Shown piece by piece: positions 9,460-20,959 of a stretch of 44,251 nt of DNA. Both the position numbers and the translations under genes were made by a program. The stretch comes from Candidatus Dormiibacterota bacterium (GTDB taxonomy: Bacteria > Patescibacteriota > Saccharimonadia > Saccharimonadales > UBA4665). The notes beneath the pieces were generated by a model, which saw only the letters and a list, made by a program, of their open reading frames with translations, ran no database searches and was not told the origin of the DNA. The first letter of the stretch is position 1; each line of letters begins with the position of its first letter. Location of the stretch: positions 1-44,251 of the forward strand of contig DATKRL010000021.1 in assembly GCA_035532255.1 (NCBI GenBank), given 5' to 3'.

Positions 9460-10615
9460 CGGTTTAGTTCTCATCTTCGCTATCAGTTCTTTGCTGCGCG
9501 GCCGCGAAATCGGCTTCGTACGGCAGGTCGGTTCGACGGCCGGCTTTTTCGGTGGTCTATTCCTGGGGGCCTGGCTGGAGCCCCACACTATCGGCCTGGC
9601 CCATAGTCCAAATGGCCGGACCCTGGTGACGCTGCTGACCACCTTAGGTTGCGCCCTGGCATTAATGACGATAGGCGAATATCTGGGAATTCATCTTAAA
9701 CGGCGGCTGGTGATGAAACGGGTCAATACTTTCGACAATGGTCTAGGCGCTTTGGTAGGAGCGGTTTCGCTGCTTTTAAGCGCCTGGTTGATCGCCGCCA
9801 TCCTCGGCTCTTTGCCGTTTCCGTCGCTGCAAGCGGCGTTGCGCGATTCGCGTATTATCAGCACGCTGAACAAACGCTTACCGCCGGCACCGACGCTAGT
9901 CGCCGACCTGGGCCACCTGATCGACCCGAACGGTTTTCCGCAGGTTTTCATCGGCGGCGAACCTAATCCGCCCGCCAAGGTCAACTTGCCGCCGGGCAGT
10001 GATTTGCGGACGGCCGTGGAACGCGACCGTGCTTCGGTCGTCAAGATAGAAGGGCAGGGCTGCGGCGGCCTTATCGAAGGTTCGGGTTTCGTCGTCGACA
10101 GTAGCGACGTAGCGACGAATGCCCACGTTGTGGCCGGCATTCGCAACCCTTACGTCCAAGACGACAACGGCTCGCACAGGGCTACTGTCATATGGTTCGA
10201 CCCCAACCTTGATTTCGCGGTGCTGCGCGTCGGCAATCTAGCCGGGCCCAAACTGCCGATTGGCAGCGGGCGCGTCGCGGCCGGTACGCCCGCCGCCGTC
10301 CTGGGATATCCCGGCGGTGGGCCATTCACCGCTGATACGGCCGCCGTCTTGGATGAGCTCACGGCCACTGGCCGCAATATTTACGGCCGCGGCAACACCA
10401 ACCGCGACATTTACGAAGTCCAGGCTGACATCATACCCGGGAACTCCGGCGGCCCGTTGATAGACGCGAACGGCACGGTTATCGGGGTTGTGTTCGCCGA
10501 ATCAGTGACTTACCAAAACGTCGGTTACGCCCTAACAACCAGTCAGGTCATTAGCGCCATTAACCAAGCAGTCGCCCGCGACCAGGCTACCGGTACGGGT
10601 CAGTGCGCCGAATAA
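9449..10615 (+). CDS. CvpA-family membrane domain fused to an S1C trypsin-like serine protease (MarP-like)
   Basis: Four N-terminal hydrophobic helices, then the triad motifs TNAHVVAG, LDFAVLRV and GNSGGPL. The architecture and roughly 390-aa length resemble mycobacterial MarP. The start overlaps the zwf 3' end; the track start is 9422. Confidence 0.75.
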   Translation: MLVDGLVLIFAISSLLRGREIGFVRQVGSTAGFFGGLFLGAWLEPHTIGLAHSPNGRTLVTLLTTLGCALALMTIGEYLGIHLKRRLVMKRVNTFDNGLGALVGAVSLLLSAWLIAAILGSLPFPSLQAALRDSRIISTLNKRLPPAPTLVADLGHLIDPNGFPQVFIGGEPNPPAKVNLPPGSDLRTAVERDRASVVKIEGQGCGGLIEGSGFVVDSSDVATNAHVVAGIRNPYVQDDNGSHRATVIWFDPNLDFAVLRVGNLAGPKLPIGSGRVAAGTPAAVLGYPGGGPFTADTAAVLDELTATGRNIYGRGNTNRDIYEVQADIIPGNSGGPLIDANGTVIGVVFAESVTYQNVGYALTTSQVISAINQAVARDQATGTGQCAE

Positions 10616-10641
10616 GCTCCGGTACCATTAAGCCGACAATT

Positions 10642-12018
10642 CTAGGGGAATAACGAGTAAATGGCCGCCACGCCGGAGACCGTCATAACCGCCGTCAGCA
10701 GCCAGCCGATATTGGTCGTTAACTTGCGGTTTTTCCATTCGCCCATAATGTGCTGGTTTTTAGCGATCAGAACGATGAGCACGATAATGATTGGCGCCAC
10801 TATACCGTTAAGCACGGCGGCGTAGATTAGGGCCTTGATGGGGTTGATGCCAAGGAAATTGATGGCTAAGCCTATTAACATTGATATGATGATAACCCCG
10901 TAGAACGTGTAGCCTTGCTTAAGCTTATTATTCAGCCCCTGCCTCCGGCCGAAGCTTTCGCTGATGGCGTAAGCGCTGGAACCTGCCATGACCGGTATGG
11001 CCAGCAGGCCCATGCTGAAAATACCGATGGCAAACAGCCAATAGCTGGCATTGCCGGCGAATGGCCGCAGGGCTTCGGCGGCCTGGGCGGCGGTGCCGAT
11101 ATTGGTGACGCCGTGCGTGAATAACACCGAGGCACATGCCGCGATGATGAAGTACATGACTAGGTTAGAAAACAACATGCCGGAAAAGATGTCGATCCGC
11201 ATCCTTCTAATTGAAGCCTTGTCCGACCCGGCGCGCTGTTTAATAGTTGTCAGCCCTTCGGCAATCTCTTCTTCGACTTCCTGAGAGGTCTGCCAGAAGA
11301 AACAAAATGGCGTAATGGTGGTTCCCAGGACGGCACAGATAATTAAGATCTGCGCCTTGCTAAAAGTTAAGTGCGGCACAATCGAATGCCTAAGGACGGT
11401 CGACCAGTCAGGGTGCGCCAGGACCGCCGAAAGGATATAGGCCAGCAAAATTATGGACAGCCACTTCAGATACTTGGCATACCTTACATAGGATGTAAAT
11501 ATTTGCATCAACATGATGAATAAAGTGAGACCGACAACCAGCGGCGCGAAATCCAACTGCGGCCGTATCAGCTGGGCCGCGCTGGCCATCGCCCCGATAT
11601 CAGCACCGATGTTAACCGTATTAGCGATAAACAAAAACAAAGTACTGCCGTAGAGGATTTTACGACCGAAATGGCTGCGGATATTGCTGGCTAAGCCTCG
11701 TCCAGTGACCAGGCCGATACGGGCGCACATTTCTTGCACGGCCAGCATCAAGGGGAAAGTAAAAGCGGCCATCCATAGTAACCCGAAGCCGAACTGGGCT
11801 CCCGCTTGTGAATAGGTGGCAATACCCGAGGGATCATCGTCGGAAGCTCCGGTTACTAATCCCGGGCCCAGCAAGTACCAGTAGTTTTTGGCCCTTCTGA
11901 GCGGTTGGGGGTTAACTACCGGCAGCGCCTGGGAGATTCTTTGGCCGCTTTCAACTCCGTATTCCAGCGCCTGGGCCGGCGCTTCAATCGTCCGCTCTAT
12001 AATATTTTTCTTTTTCAT
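10642..12018 (-). CDS. NRAMP-family divalent metal transporter
   Basis: 458-aa polytopic protein with the NRAMP signature region GASDDDPSGIATYSQAGAQFGFGLLW. Confidence 0.8.
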   Translation of the reverse strand: MKKKNIIERTIEAPAQALEYGVESGQRISQALPVVNPQPLRRAKNYWYLLGPGLVTGASDDDPSGIATYSQAGAQFGFGLLWMAAFTFPLMLAVQEMCARIGLVTGRGLASNIRSHFGRKILYGSTLFLFIANTVNIGADIGAMASAAQLIRPQLDFAPLVVGLTLFIMLMQIFTSYVRYAKYLKWLSIILLAYILSAVLAHPDWSTVLRHSIVPHLTFSKAQILIICAVLGTTITPFCFFWQTSQEVEEEIAEGLTTIKQRAGSDKASIRRMRIDIFSGMLFSNLVMYFIIAACASVLFTHGVTNIGTAAQAAEALRPFAGNASYWLFAIGIFSMGLLAIPVMAGSSAYAISESFGRRQGLNNKLKQGYTFYGVIIISMLIGLAINFLGINPIKALIYAAVLNGIVAPIIIVLIVLIAKNQHIMGEWKNRKLTTNIGWLLTAVMTVSGVAAIYSLFP

Positions 12019-12076
12019 AATATAACGCTTAGTTATGATAGCAGAACCGGTTCAAATGTTATAGACCTATTATTGA

Positions 12077-12092
12077 TTCGAATTTATTCGAA
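12077..12092. promoter_or_regulatory. perfect palindrome TTCGAATTTATTCGAA between the ABC permease and the NRAMP gene
   Basis: 7+2+7 inverted repeat that covers the permease stop codon, 59-74 nt upstream of the NRAMP ATG. It is a candidate dimeric-regulator operator. Confidence 0.3.
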
Positions 12093-13304
12093 ACGCAGAG
12101 CGTCAATCGGAGCTTTGCGGGCAGCCTTGACGGCAGGCACCGTACCAAAAATAACACCGACCAGAAGTGACACACCGACAGCCAGGACCACGATCTGCCA
12201 GCTGACGCTCGGCTGCACGTCAGTAAAGACTCGGAGTAGAATATCGATTATAAAGGCCAATGCCACGCCAATTACGCCGCCGGCCAGACTAAGCGTCGCT
12301 GATTCGACCATAAACTGGCTCATGATCTGGCGATTGGTGGCACCGACGGCTTTGCGAATACCGATTTCGTGCATTCGCTCTGCCACGGAAACCAGCATGA
12401 CGTTCATAATACCGATACCGCCGACCAGAAGTGAAATGGCCGCCACGCCGGCGATCAAGCGCGTCAACAGGCTAAGTATGTCGTTACTGGTTGATAAGTT
12501 CTGGTTGCCCGAAGCTACCGTCAAGCCGCTGTCGCCACCATGGGCCTGACTGAGCGCGGCGCGGATTCTAGATTCGACGGCAACCGGGTGTTCGCCAGCG
12601 GCCGGACGGGCCAGGACCTCGTAAGTCGGCGCCGTGTTACGGCTCAGGTTTTCCGCCACGTCGTTAGGAATGAATATGGCATTATTGAAGTCCGCCTGCT
12701 GGGCCAGCGGCATCGAAGTGAACTGGTTGAAAACGCCGCGAACAATGAATGAACGGCCATGAAAAGTAAAGCTCCGGCCTAAAGGAACGTCTTCGCTAAA
12801 CATAGTTTCGGCGACGTGCTGGCCGAGAACCGCGACATTAAGGCCGTTGTCGTCGCTGCTGAAAAAGGCGCCGTAAAGCATCGACTGGTTTAGCAAGCTA
12901 GGCAGATCGCTGGTCGTCCCCAGCACAAAACCGTCACGGTAGACGCCATGGTCGCCACTGGCTTTGCCGCCAACTACGGTCAAAGGCGCGCTGGCTGCCA
13001 CGCCTTTGGTATGGCTGATCACATCTACGTCTTTGACGCCCAAGGGCTGGCTGACATTCAGACCGGTAAGACTACCGTCACCGGCCGAGCCGATACCGAT
13101 TTCCGCGGGTCGGACCGTTATCAGGTTCTGGCCCAGATGGTGGATCTGGCCGCTGATCTGCTGTCTGATGCCTTCGCCTATCGAGACCACCATGATGACG
13201 GAAGCGACACCGATAATCACGCCCAGCATGGTCCAAAAGCTGCGGAATTTGGCGCCCCGGATAACATCAACTCCGGCCTTGAGATGGGCTTGGGGCAACT
13301 TCAT
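12084..13304 (-). CDS. ABC transporter permease, FtsX/MacB type
   Basis: 406 aa with an N-terminal TM helix, a large extracytoplasmic domain and three C-terminal TM helices carrying the GIRKAVGAT motif. It overlaps the ATPase gene by 4 nt. Confidence 0.85.
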   Translation of the reverse strand: MKLPQAHLKAGVDVIRGAKFRSFWTMLGVIIGVASVIMVVSIGEGIRQQISGQIHHLGQNLITVRPAEIGIGSAGDGSLTGLNVSQPLGVKDVDVISHTKGVAASAPLTVVGGKASGDHGVYRDGFVLGTTSDLPSLLNQSMLYGAFFSSDDNGLNVAVLGQHVAETMFSEDVPLGRSFTFHGRSFIVRGVFNQFTSMPLAQQADFNNAIFIPNDVAENLSRNTAPTYEVLARPAAGEHPVAVESRIRAALSQAHGGDSGLTVASGNQNLSTSNDILSLLTRLIAGVAAISLLVGGIGIMNVMLVSVAERMHEIGIRKAVGATNRQIMSQFMVESATLSLAGGVIGVALAFIIDILLRVFTDVQPSVSWQIVVLAVGVSLLVGVIFGTVPAVKAARKAPIDALRFE

Positions 13305-14203
13305 AAGGCCTTCCTCCGTTTAGCGATGCCGCGCTTGGCCGGCTTAGGCTTAGGCCGAGTGGTTGAGCGTGATTTGATAGTAGCTTTTTTGCGCTTGGGA
13401 CGCGGGACGTCCTTTTCGGGGAAAGCTTTCATCAAGGCCGAAACGCCGGCCAGATCGTCCTCCTCATTGGTTGTAGGCAAGGTGTAAAGCACCTTGCGGG
13501 CCTGCGACGCCACGCGGCCCAAAGCAGTTTTCTCATCGTGGATAATGCTGCCGTCATGCATGTAAACCACCCGGGTCGCGAAGCGGGTCAGTTCGGGATT
13601 ATGAGTCACGAATAGCACGGTGTTGCCCATCTTGTGAATGTCAGCCAGCAGTTCCATAACCAACCGCGAACTGGAACTGTCCAAGTTGCCGGTAGGCTCG
13701 TCGGCGATGATAAGTTTGGGGCTATTGACCAGGGCCCGGGCAATGGCCGCGCACTGAGCCTGGCCACCGCTCAGTTGGCCGGGCAGAAAATACTCGCGAC
13801 TCTGGACGCCAACGCGCTCCAGCATCTGGCTGGCTTGCTTGTTGCGGCGGGTGGTCGACACGCCCTTGTAGGCCAGGGGCAGGGCAACGTTTTCCAGAAC
13901 TGTCAGGCGCGGCAGAAAGTTAAAGGATTGCAGAATGAAACCAATGGTATCACGCCGCAGCCTGGCGGCTTGGTTGGGCCGCAAGCGGGCGACCTGTTTG
14001 CCCTCCAGCCGGTATTCGCCGTGGCTGGGCCGGTCCAGCAAGCCGATGACGTTCATAAGCGTGCTCTTGCCGCAGCCGCTGGGCCCCATAACAGCTACGA
14101 ATTCACCTTTTTCAATAGTTAAGTCAACCTCGTCGAGCGCTAAAGTTGTAGCGTCGCCGAAGCCGTACAGCTTGCTGACGTCTTGCAGTTCGATCAATGC
14201 CAT
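13301..14203 (-). CDS. ABC transporter ATP-binding protein (MacB/LolD-like) with a basic C-terminal tail
   Basis: Walker A GPSGCGKST, signature LSGGQAQ and Walker B IIADEPTGNLD. ATG 14203 (MALIELQDV) is preferred; the alternative GTG is at 14233. The last roughly 85 aa are an extension that ends in a Lys/Arg/Pro-rich tail. Confidence 0.85.
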   Translation of the reverse strand: MALIELQDVSKLYGFGDATTLALDEVDLTIEKGEFVAVMGPSGCGKSTLMNVIGLLDRPSHGEYRLEGKQVARLRPNQAARLRRDTIGFILQSFNFLPRLTVLENVALPLAYKGVSTTRRNKQASQMLERVGVQSREYFLPGQLSGGQAQCAAIARALVNSPKLIIADEPTGNLDSSSSRLVMELLADIHKMGNTVLFVTHNPELTRFATRVVYMHDGSIIHDEKTALGRVASQARKVLYTLPTTNEEDDLAGVSALMKAFPEKDVPRPKRKKATIKSRSTTRPKPKPAKRGIAKRRKAL

Positions 14204-14303
14204 TCTTCCCCAGTTTAATCCCTTATCGACCACCTCCGCAAGAGGTGAAGTGTGGTATTTTTAACTCGTTTATGGTTTAGCAGTTGGGCCAGCCCGTGTT
14301 ATG

Positions 14304-14309
14304 TATAAT
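14304..14309 (+). promoter_or_regulatory. -10 hexamer TATAAT upstream of tRNA-Ser
   Basis: TATAAT lies 11 nt upstream of the mature tRNA 5' end at 14321. Confidence 0.4.
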
Positions 14310-14320
14310 GGGAAAGGCTC

Positions 14321-14410
14321 GGAGGGGTCGCATAGTGGTCTAGTGCGCCGTCTTGGAAAGGCGGTATAGGGGCAACTCTATCGAGGGTTCAAATCCCTCT
14401 CCCTCCGCCA
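14321..14410 (+). tRNA. tRNA-Ser (anticodon GGA), CCA encoded
   Basis: Acceptor GGAGGGG/TCCCTCC, anticodon stem CCGTC/GGCGG with loop TTGGAAA, long variable arm and T-arm GAGGG-TTCAAAT-CCCTC. Confidence 0.9.
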
Positions 14411-14421
14411 CGCTTAATAAG

Positions 14422-14430
14422 TGTTACAAT
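14422..14430 (+). promoter_or_regulatory. extended -10 element TGTTACAAT
   Basis: It lies 1 nt before ATG 14432 and 7 nt before the in-frame ATG 14438. The same 9-mer occurs upstream of the DUF3048 gene. Confidence 0.4.
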
Positions 14431-14431
14431 T

Positions 14432-14796
14432 ATGGCTATGCTTATCTTGTCGTTCTTCTCTTGGTGGTATGGGCGGGGGTGGCAGCAGGTGGCGCGGGGT
14501 TTTGGCCCGCGGCTGCGCGGCGTTATGAACGCTTTTTCGGTCCGTCAACTACTTAGGACATTGTTCGCGCCCTGGCGGCGGATTATTACCTATCCGGGGG
14601 CCAGCCTGGAGGACCGGTTCCGGGCCTGGGGGGACAATCTGTTTAGCCGGGTAATCGGCCTGGTGGTGCGGCTGTTCGTTCTCTTTGCCGCGGCAGTGAC
14701 GCTGGCACTGGTGGCCTTATTGAATGCCGCCGAACTAGTCATCTGGCCGCTGTTGCCGGTGGCGATACCGGGCTGTATCGTAGCGGGGCTTATTAT

Positions 14797-14800
<4 letters not shown>
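14432..14800 (+). CDS. small membrane protein, function unknown
   Basis: 122-aa ORF with a hydrophobic N-terminus and a C-terminal pair of TM helices. Its stop overlaps the start of the Clp-like gene (ATGA). The true start may be ATG 14438. Confidence 0.5.
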
Positions 14801-17163
<2,363 letters not shown>

Positions 17164-17886
17164 CTAACCGTTATTGATCAGGGTGCCGACGGGTTCGCCG
17201 GCCACTACCTTGGCCAAGTTGTCGGCTTTCATGACGTCAAAGACGACGATGGGCTTTTTCTGTTCCATAGCCAGGCCGATAGCGGCTTTGTCCATGACTT
17301 GTATCGAATTATCTTCGACGGCATGCTGGAATGATACGTGGTCAAGCTTGACGGCATCGTCGAACTTGGCCGGGTCTTTGTCGTAAACGCCTTCGAACTT
17401 AGTAGCCTTGAGCACCAGCTCGCAGTCGAGCTCCAGCGCGAAGCTGACGGCCGCAGTGTCGTGTGTCACGTAGGGACGGGCCGTGCCGCCGGCAACAATC
17501 ACCACCCGGCCTTTTTGCAAATGCTTTTCGGCCAGCCGGTAAGAGTAGGATTCGGCGACCTGCTGGGCGAAAATGTTGCTCAGACAGCGGGTTTTAACGC
17601 TGTTAGCCTCGAAGATATCAGTCATGGCCATGCAGTTAATCAGACCGCTGAGCATACCCATCTGGTCGGCCGTGACACGGCGGATACCGTGGCCGGCCAG
17701 CTCGGCGCCGCGGACCATGTTGCCGCCGCCGGCGATCACCACTACCTGGCAACCGCTATCGACGACTTTTTTAATTTCAGCGGCCAAAAAAGAGGCGATT
17801 TCCGGATCGACGCCGAATTCATATTTTCCAGCCAGTTGCTCGCCCGATAATTTCAACAGGACTCTTTTGTAAGGAGTGGTAGCCAT
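17164..17886 (-). CDS. pyrH: UMP kinase
   Basis: Motifs RVLLKLSGE and VVIAGGGNMVRG. 240 aa. Its stop codon directly abuts the stop of the Clp-like gene. Confidence 0.9.
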   Translation of the reverse strand: MATTPYKRVLLKLSGEQLAGKYEFGVDPEIASFLAAEIKKVVDSGCQVVVIAGGGNMVRGAELAGHGIRRVTADQMGMLSGLINCMAMTDIFEANSVKTRCLSNIFAQQVAESYSYRLAEKHLQKGRVVIVAGGTARPYVTHDTAAVSFALELDCELVLKATKFEGVYDKDPAKFDDAVKLDHVSFQHAVEDNSIQVMDKAAIGLAMEQKKPIVVFDVMKADNLAKVVAGEPVGTLINNG

Positions 17887-17923
17887 CTAAGCACCAAGTC
17901 TAGCAAATTCGGGAGGCCAAAGC

Positions 17924-17929
17924 TATACT
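17924..17929 (+). promoter_or_regulatory. -10-like hexamer TATACT, 8 nt upstream of the xth ATG (leaderless candidate)
   Basis: TATACT-taagccac-ATG(17938). There is no SD in the spacer. Confidence 0.35.
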
Positions 17930-17937
17930 TAAGCCAC

Positions 17938-18738
17938 ATGATAAGGTTGTATTCGTGGAACGTCAACGGTATCCGGGCCGTCACCAAGAAAGGCTTATTC
18001 CAACCATTCCTAGATAAGGAGCAGCCTGACATTCTCTGCCTGCAGGAGATCAAGGCCAAGCCGGAACAGATCGAATTCGAGCTCGACGGCTACGACGCGT
18101 TTTGGTATCCGGCCGAAAAACCGGGCTACAGCGGCACGGCCATACTGAGCAAAATTCCACCGCTGCAAGTCATCGACGGCTTCCCTCGCGATATTATCAA
18201 AAAGTACCAGCTCAACGGCGATTCTTATGGCGACCCCAACCAAGAGGGACGGGTGATAGCCGCCGAGTTCGATAAGTTCTGGGTTGTCACCGTCTACACG
18301 CCAAACGCCAAGGATGACCTCAGCAGAATCCCTTTACGGCACCAACACTGGGATCCGGCGTTTTTGGCCTACTGTCAGCAATTGGAAAAAACCAAGCCCG
18401 TCGTCTTTTGCGGCGATCTCAACGTCGCCCACACTCCCGACGACTTAGCGAATGATAAGTCCAACATCGGCAAAAAAGGCTTCACCGACGAAGAACGCGC
18501 GGGCTTTCAGGCCTTCGTCGATGCCAGCTTCGTTGACACTTTCCGTATGTTCAAGCAGGGCAAAGGCTACTACAGCTGGTGGAGCCATTTCGCCAAGTCG
18601 CGCGAGCGTAACGTCGGCTGGCGCATCGACTATGTCCTGGTCAGCGCCGTCCTACAAGACAAAGTGAAAGCCGCTGACATTCACTCCGACGTCATGGGCT
18701 CCGACCATTGTCCGGTATCTGTTACACTGGATGTATGA
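17938..18738 (+). CDS. xth: exodeoxyribonuclease III (AP endonuclease)
   Basis: Motifs SWNVNGIR, LQEIK, GDLNVAH and GSDHCPV. Confidence 0.9.
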   Translation: MIRLYSWNVNGIRAVTKKGLFQPFLDKEQPDILCLQEIKAKPEQIEFELDGYDAFWYPAEKPGYSGTAILSKIPPLQVIDGFPRDIIKKYQLNGDSYGDPNQEGRVIAAEFDKFWVVTVYTPNAKDDLSRIPLRHQHWDPAFLAYCQQLEKTKPVVFCGDLNVAHTPDDLANDKSNIGKKGFTDEERAGFQAFVDASFVDTFRMFKQGKGYYSWWSHFAKSRERNVGWRIDYVLVSAVLQDKVKAADIHSDVMGSDHCPVSVTLDV

Positions 18739-19664
18739 GCCGCCTGGAGTTCGTTAGCCTAGAAAGCGTTGATAAGTTAAAGCTGCCCGGCCTTTTATAT
18801 AAGCCAAGCCAGCCGGTCAAGAAGGCGGCTGTCTGGCTACACGGCATGGGCGACAGCGGCGTATTTTACAAGCCGGAACTAATCAACGCCCTGGGTGAGG
18901 CCCTGACAGACAAGGGCATCGCGCTGTTGGCGTTCAACAACCGCGGAGCGCACAACAGCAAAAACCTGAAGATCACCGACGAGACGCTTCCGGAAGAAGA
19001 CCGGCGCTACCAAGGCGGAACTCATTACGAACAGATCGCCGATTGCGTGAAAGATATTGACGGGGCCGGTAACTTTTTGAAGAAGCAAGGCTTTTCCGAA
19101 TTTTATTTACTAGGGCATAGTACAGGCGCCAATAAAATCTGCGCTTATCATGTTCGTGCTAAGCAGAATGCTTTCAGCAAATATGTCTTGGCCGGACCGG
19201 GCGACGACGTAGGTACCGCCTTCGTAGAGCTAGGCGCCAAGCGATTCTGGCAGGCGCTAAAATATGCCGCCAAAATGTTGGATAAAGACCCCCTGCACAT
19301 CATGCCAAAATACACCGGCATGTATCCGTTCAGCGCCCAATCAGCCTGGGATATTCTCAACCCCGATGGCGATTACAATACTTTTCCGTTTTATGAATGT
19401 CTTAACGAACGCCTCGGCAGCAAGCCATTGTTTGACGAATACCAAAAGCTGGACAAGAAGGTGTTGGTTATCATAGGTGAAGCCGATGAATACGCTTATA
19501 CGGCCGGTGACGCCAATGGTGCGTTAAACCTGTTGATGAAACACACGAGCAATTCTCAGCTCAAGCACACCGATTTCATAAGCGTCGCTGACGCCGATCA
19601 TAGTTTTCACGACCATGAAGCTGAGTTCGCCAAAACAGTAAGTGACTGGTTGGCTTATGATTAA
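18735..19664 (+). CDS. alpha/beta hydrolase (DUF1749-like)
   Basis: Nucleophile elbow LLGHSTGANK, acid GEADEYA and His DADHSFH. The ATG overlaps the xth stop (ATGA). Confidence 0.65.
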   Translation: MSRLEFVSLESVDKLKLPGLLYKPSQPVKKAAVWLHGMGDSGVFYKPELINALGEALTDKGIALLAFNNRGAHNSKNLKITDETLPEEDRRYQGGTHYEQIADCVKDIDGAGNFLKKQGFSEFYLLGHSTGANKICAYHVRAKQNAFSKYVLAGPGDDVGTAFVELGAKRFWQALKYAAKMLDKDPLHIMPKYTGMYPFSAQSAWDILNPDGDYNTFPFYECLNERLGSKPLFDEYQKLDKKVLVIIGEADEYAYTAGDANGALNLLMKHTSNSQLKHTDFISVADADHSFHDHEAEFAKTVSDWLAYD

Positions 19665-20379
19665 GCGGCCTTTCGCGGTTTTTGACATTGACGGCACGGT
19701 CATCCGCTGGCAGCTGTATCACGCCTTGGCCGACGAGCTGGCCCGGACGGGCCACTTGGACCCCAGGGAATTCCAGAAAGTCCGGGCGGCGCGCATGCTT
19801 TGGAAAAAGCGCGCGCACGAAACATCTTTCGAAGAGTACGAACGGACGTTGGTAGCTCTGGTAGACAAGGCCATTACCGGCATCTCTGTCGAGGACCTGG
19901 AAACCGCCTGCCGCGGCGTCATAGACGAGTACAAAGACCAGGTTTACACCTACACCCGTGACCTGATTAGGGACTTGCAGGCCAAAAATTACCTACTGTT
20001 TGCTATATCGGCTTCTCAGGCGCAGATTGTCCGCTTGGTCGCGGAATATTACGGCTTTGATGATTGCGGCGGTTCGGAATACGAAGTGAAAGACGGCTAC
20101 TTCACGGGTCGAAAAGAGCTGCTGGTAAGCAGTGCCAAGCCCGAATTTTTGAAACGATTAGTAGCTAAACACAATGCCGGCTGGCAGGACAGCTATGCTA
20201 TCGGCGATAGTGACGGTGACATTCCGATGCTGGAATCCGTCGAGCGGCCGATCGCTTTCAACCCGACTAAGAAACTTTTCCAGCACGCCCGGCGGCATGA
20301 CTGGAAAATAGTTATTGAACGCAAAAATATGGTCTACGAACTGGAGCCCAAAGATGGCAAATACGCCCTCAAAAACTAA
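19657..20379 (+). CDS. HAD-IB family hydrolase (SerB-like phosphatase)
   Basis: Motif I FDIDGTV, motif II SASQ and motif IV GDSDGDIPML. The start overlaps the upstream gene. Confidence 0.8.
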   Translation: MIKRPFAVFDIDGTVIRWQLYHALADELARTGHLDPREFQKVRAARMLWKKRAHETSFEEYERTLVALVDKAITGISVEDLETACRGVIDEYKDQVYTYTRDLIRDLQAKNYLLFAISASQAQIVRLVAEYYGFDDCGGSEYEVKDGYFTGRKELLVSSAKPEFLKRLVAKHNAGWQDSYAIGDSDGDIPMLESVERPIAFNPTKKLFQHARRHDWKIVIERKNMVYELEPKDGKYALKN

Positions 20380-20959
20380 TCCTCTGAGTTTCGCCATCAG
20401 CTATGGTTTTCTCGGCGGGCCGTTGCACAGCCGGCATTTAAGAAAAATGCTGAACAAAGCCGGATATGTCGAAGCGCCGTTGAGCGAAGCCGATATAATT
20501 ATCGCCCACTCCGGAGGAGCATATTTGTTTAATCCCGGTCCGAGGCCGAAGTTAATATTGCTGGCGGCACCGGCACTCACCAGGGAAAAACCTAGAAGCT
20601 TGTTTAAGAAAAATACAAAACAGCTTTGGAGAAACGCTAAAACTGAACATTATTTGAGGAAACGTTTGCTATGGAGTTTGTATGGCGTTTATTGTGCTCT
20701 GAGAAATCCTAAACCGAACTACCAGATGATAAAATTCGCATCTGACACGAGCTTTGAGCTGCCAGAATTTGATAGCGCAGACGTGTTCTTCATAGCCAAC
20801 AGGGATGATGAGTGGTCGGCCGGACCACACTTAGCTAAGTTGTTAGCCGACCGACCCTGGGCATTCATTAGCTTGCCCGGAGCCCACGAACATATATGGG
20901 TGCATCCGGAAGATTACATCGATATAATTGACCTATATGCAAAGAGATTTTTGGCATAA
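20354..20959 (+). CDS. small alpha/beta-fold serine hydrolase-like protein (YdeN/RBBP9-like guess)
   Basis: About 200 aa with IIIAHSGGAY (nucleophile elbow), NRDDEW and GAHEHIW. It overlaps both neighbouring genes. Confidence 0.45.
   Translation: MANTPSKTNPLSFAISYGFLGGPLHSRHLRKMLNKAGYVEAPLSEADIIIAHSGGAYLFNPGPRPKLILLAAPALTREKPRSLFKKNTKQLWRNAKTEHYLRKRLLWSLYGVYCALRNPKPNYQMIKFASDTSFELPEFDSADVFFIANRDDEWSAGPHLAKLLADRPWAFISLPGAHEHIWVHPEDYIDIIDLYAKRFLA

Noticed and set aside
12044-12053. GAACCGGTTC, and GGTTCCAGAACC at 32322-32333, as Gram-positive-type LexA (Cheo) boxes
   Set aside because: The Cheo box is GAAC-N4-GTTC. These sites have N2 spacing or the inverted half-site order. Neither is positioned over the promoter of the umu cassette.
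14353-14556. 67-aa ORF that starts inside tRNA-Ser
   Set aside because: It overlaps the tRNA and is out of frame with the better-supported membrane-protein ORF that begins at 14432/14438.
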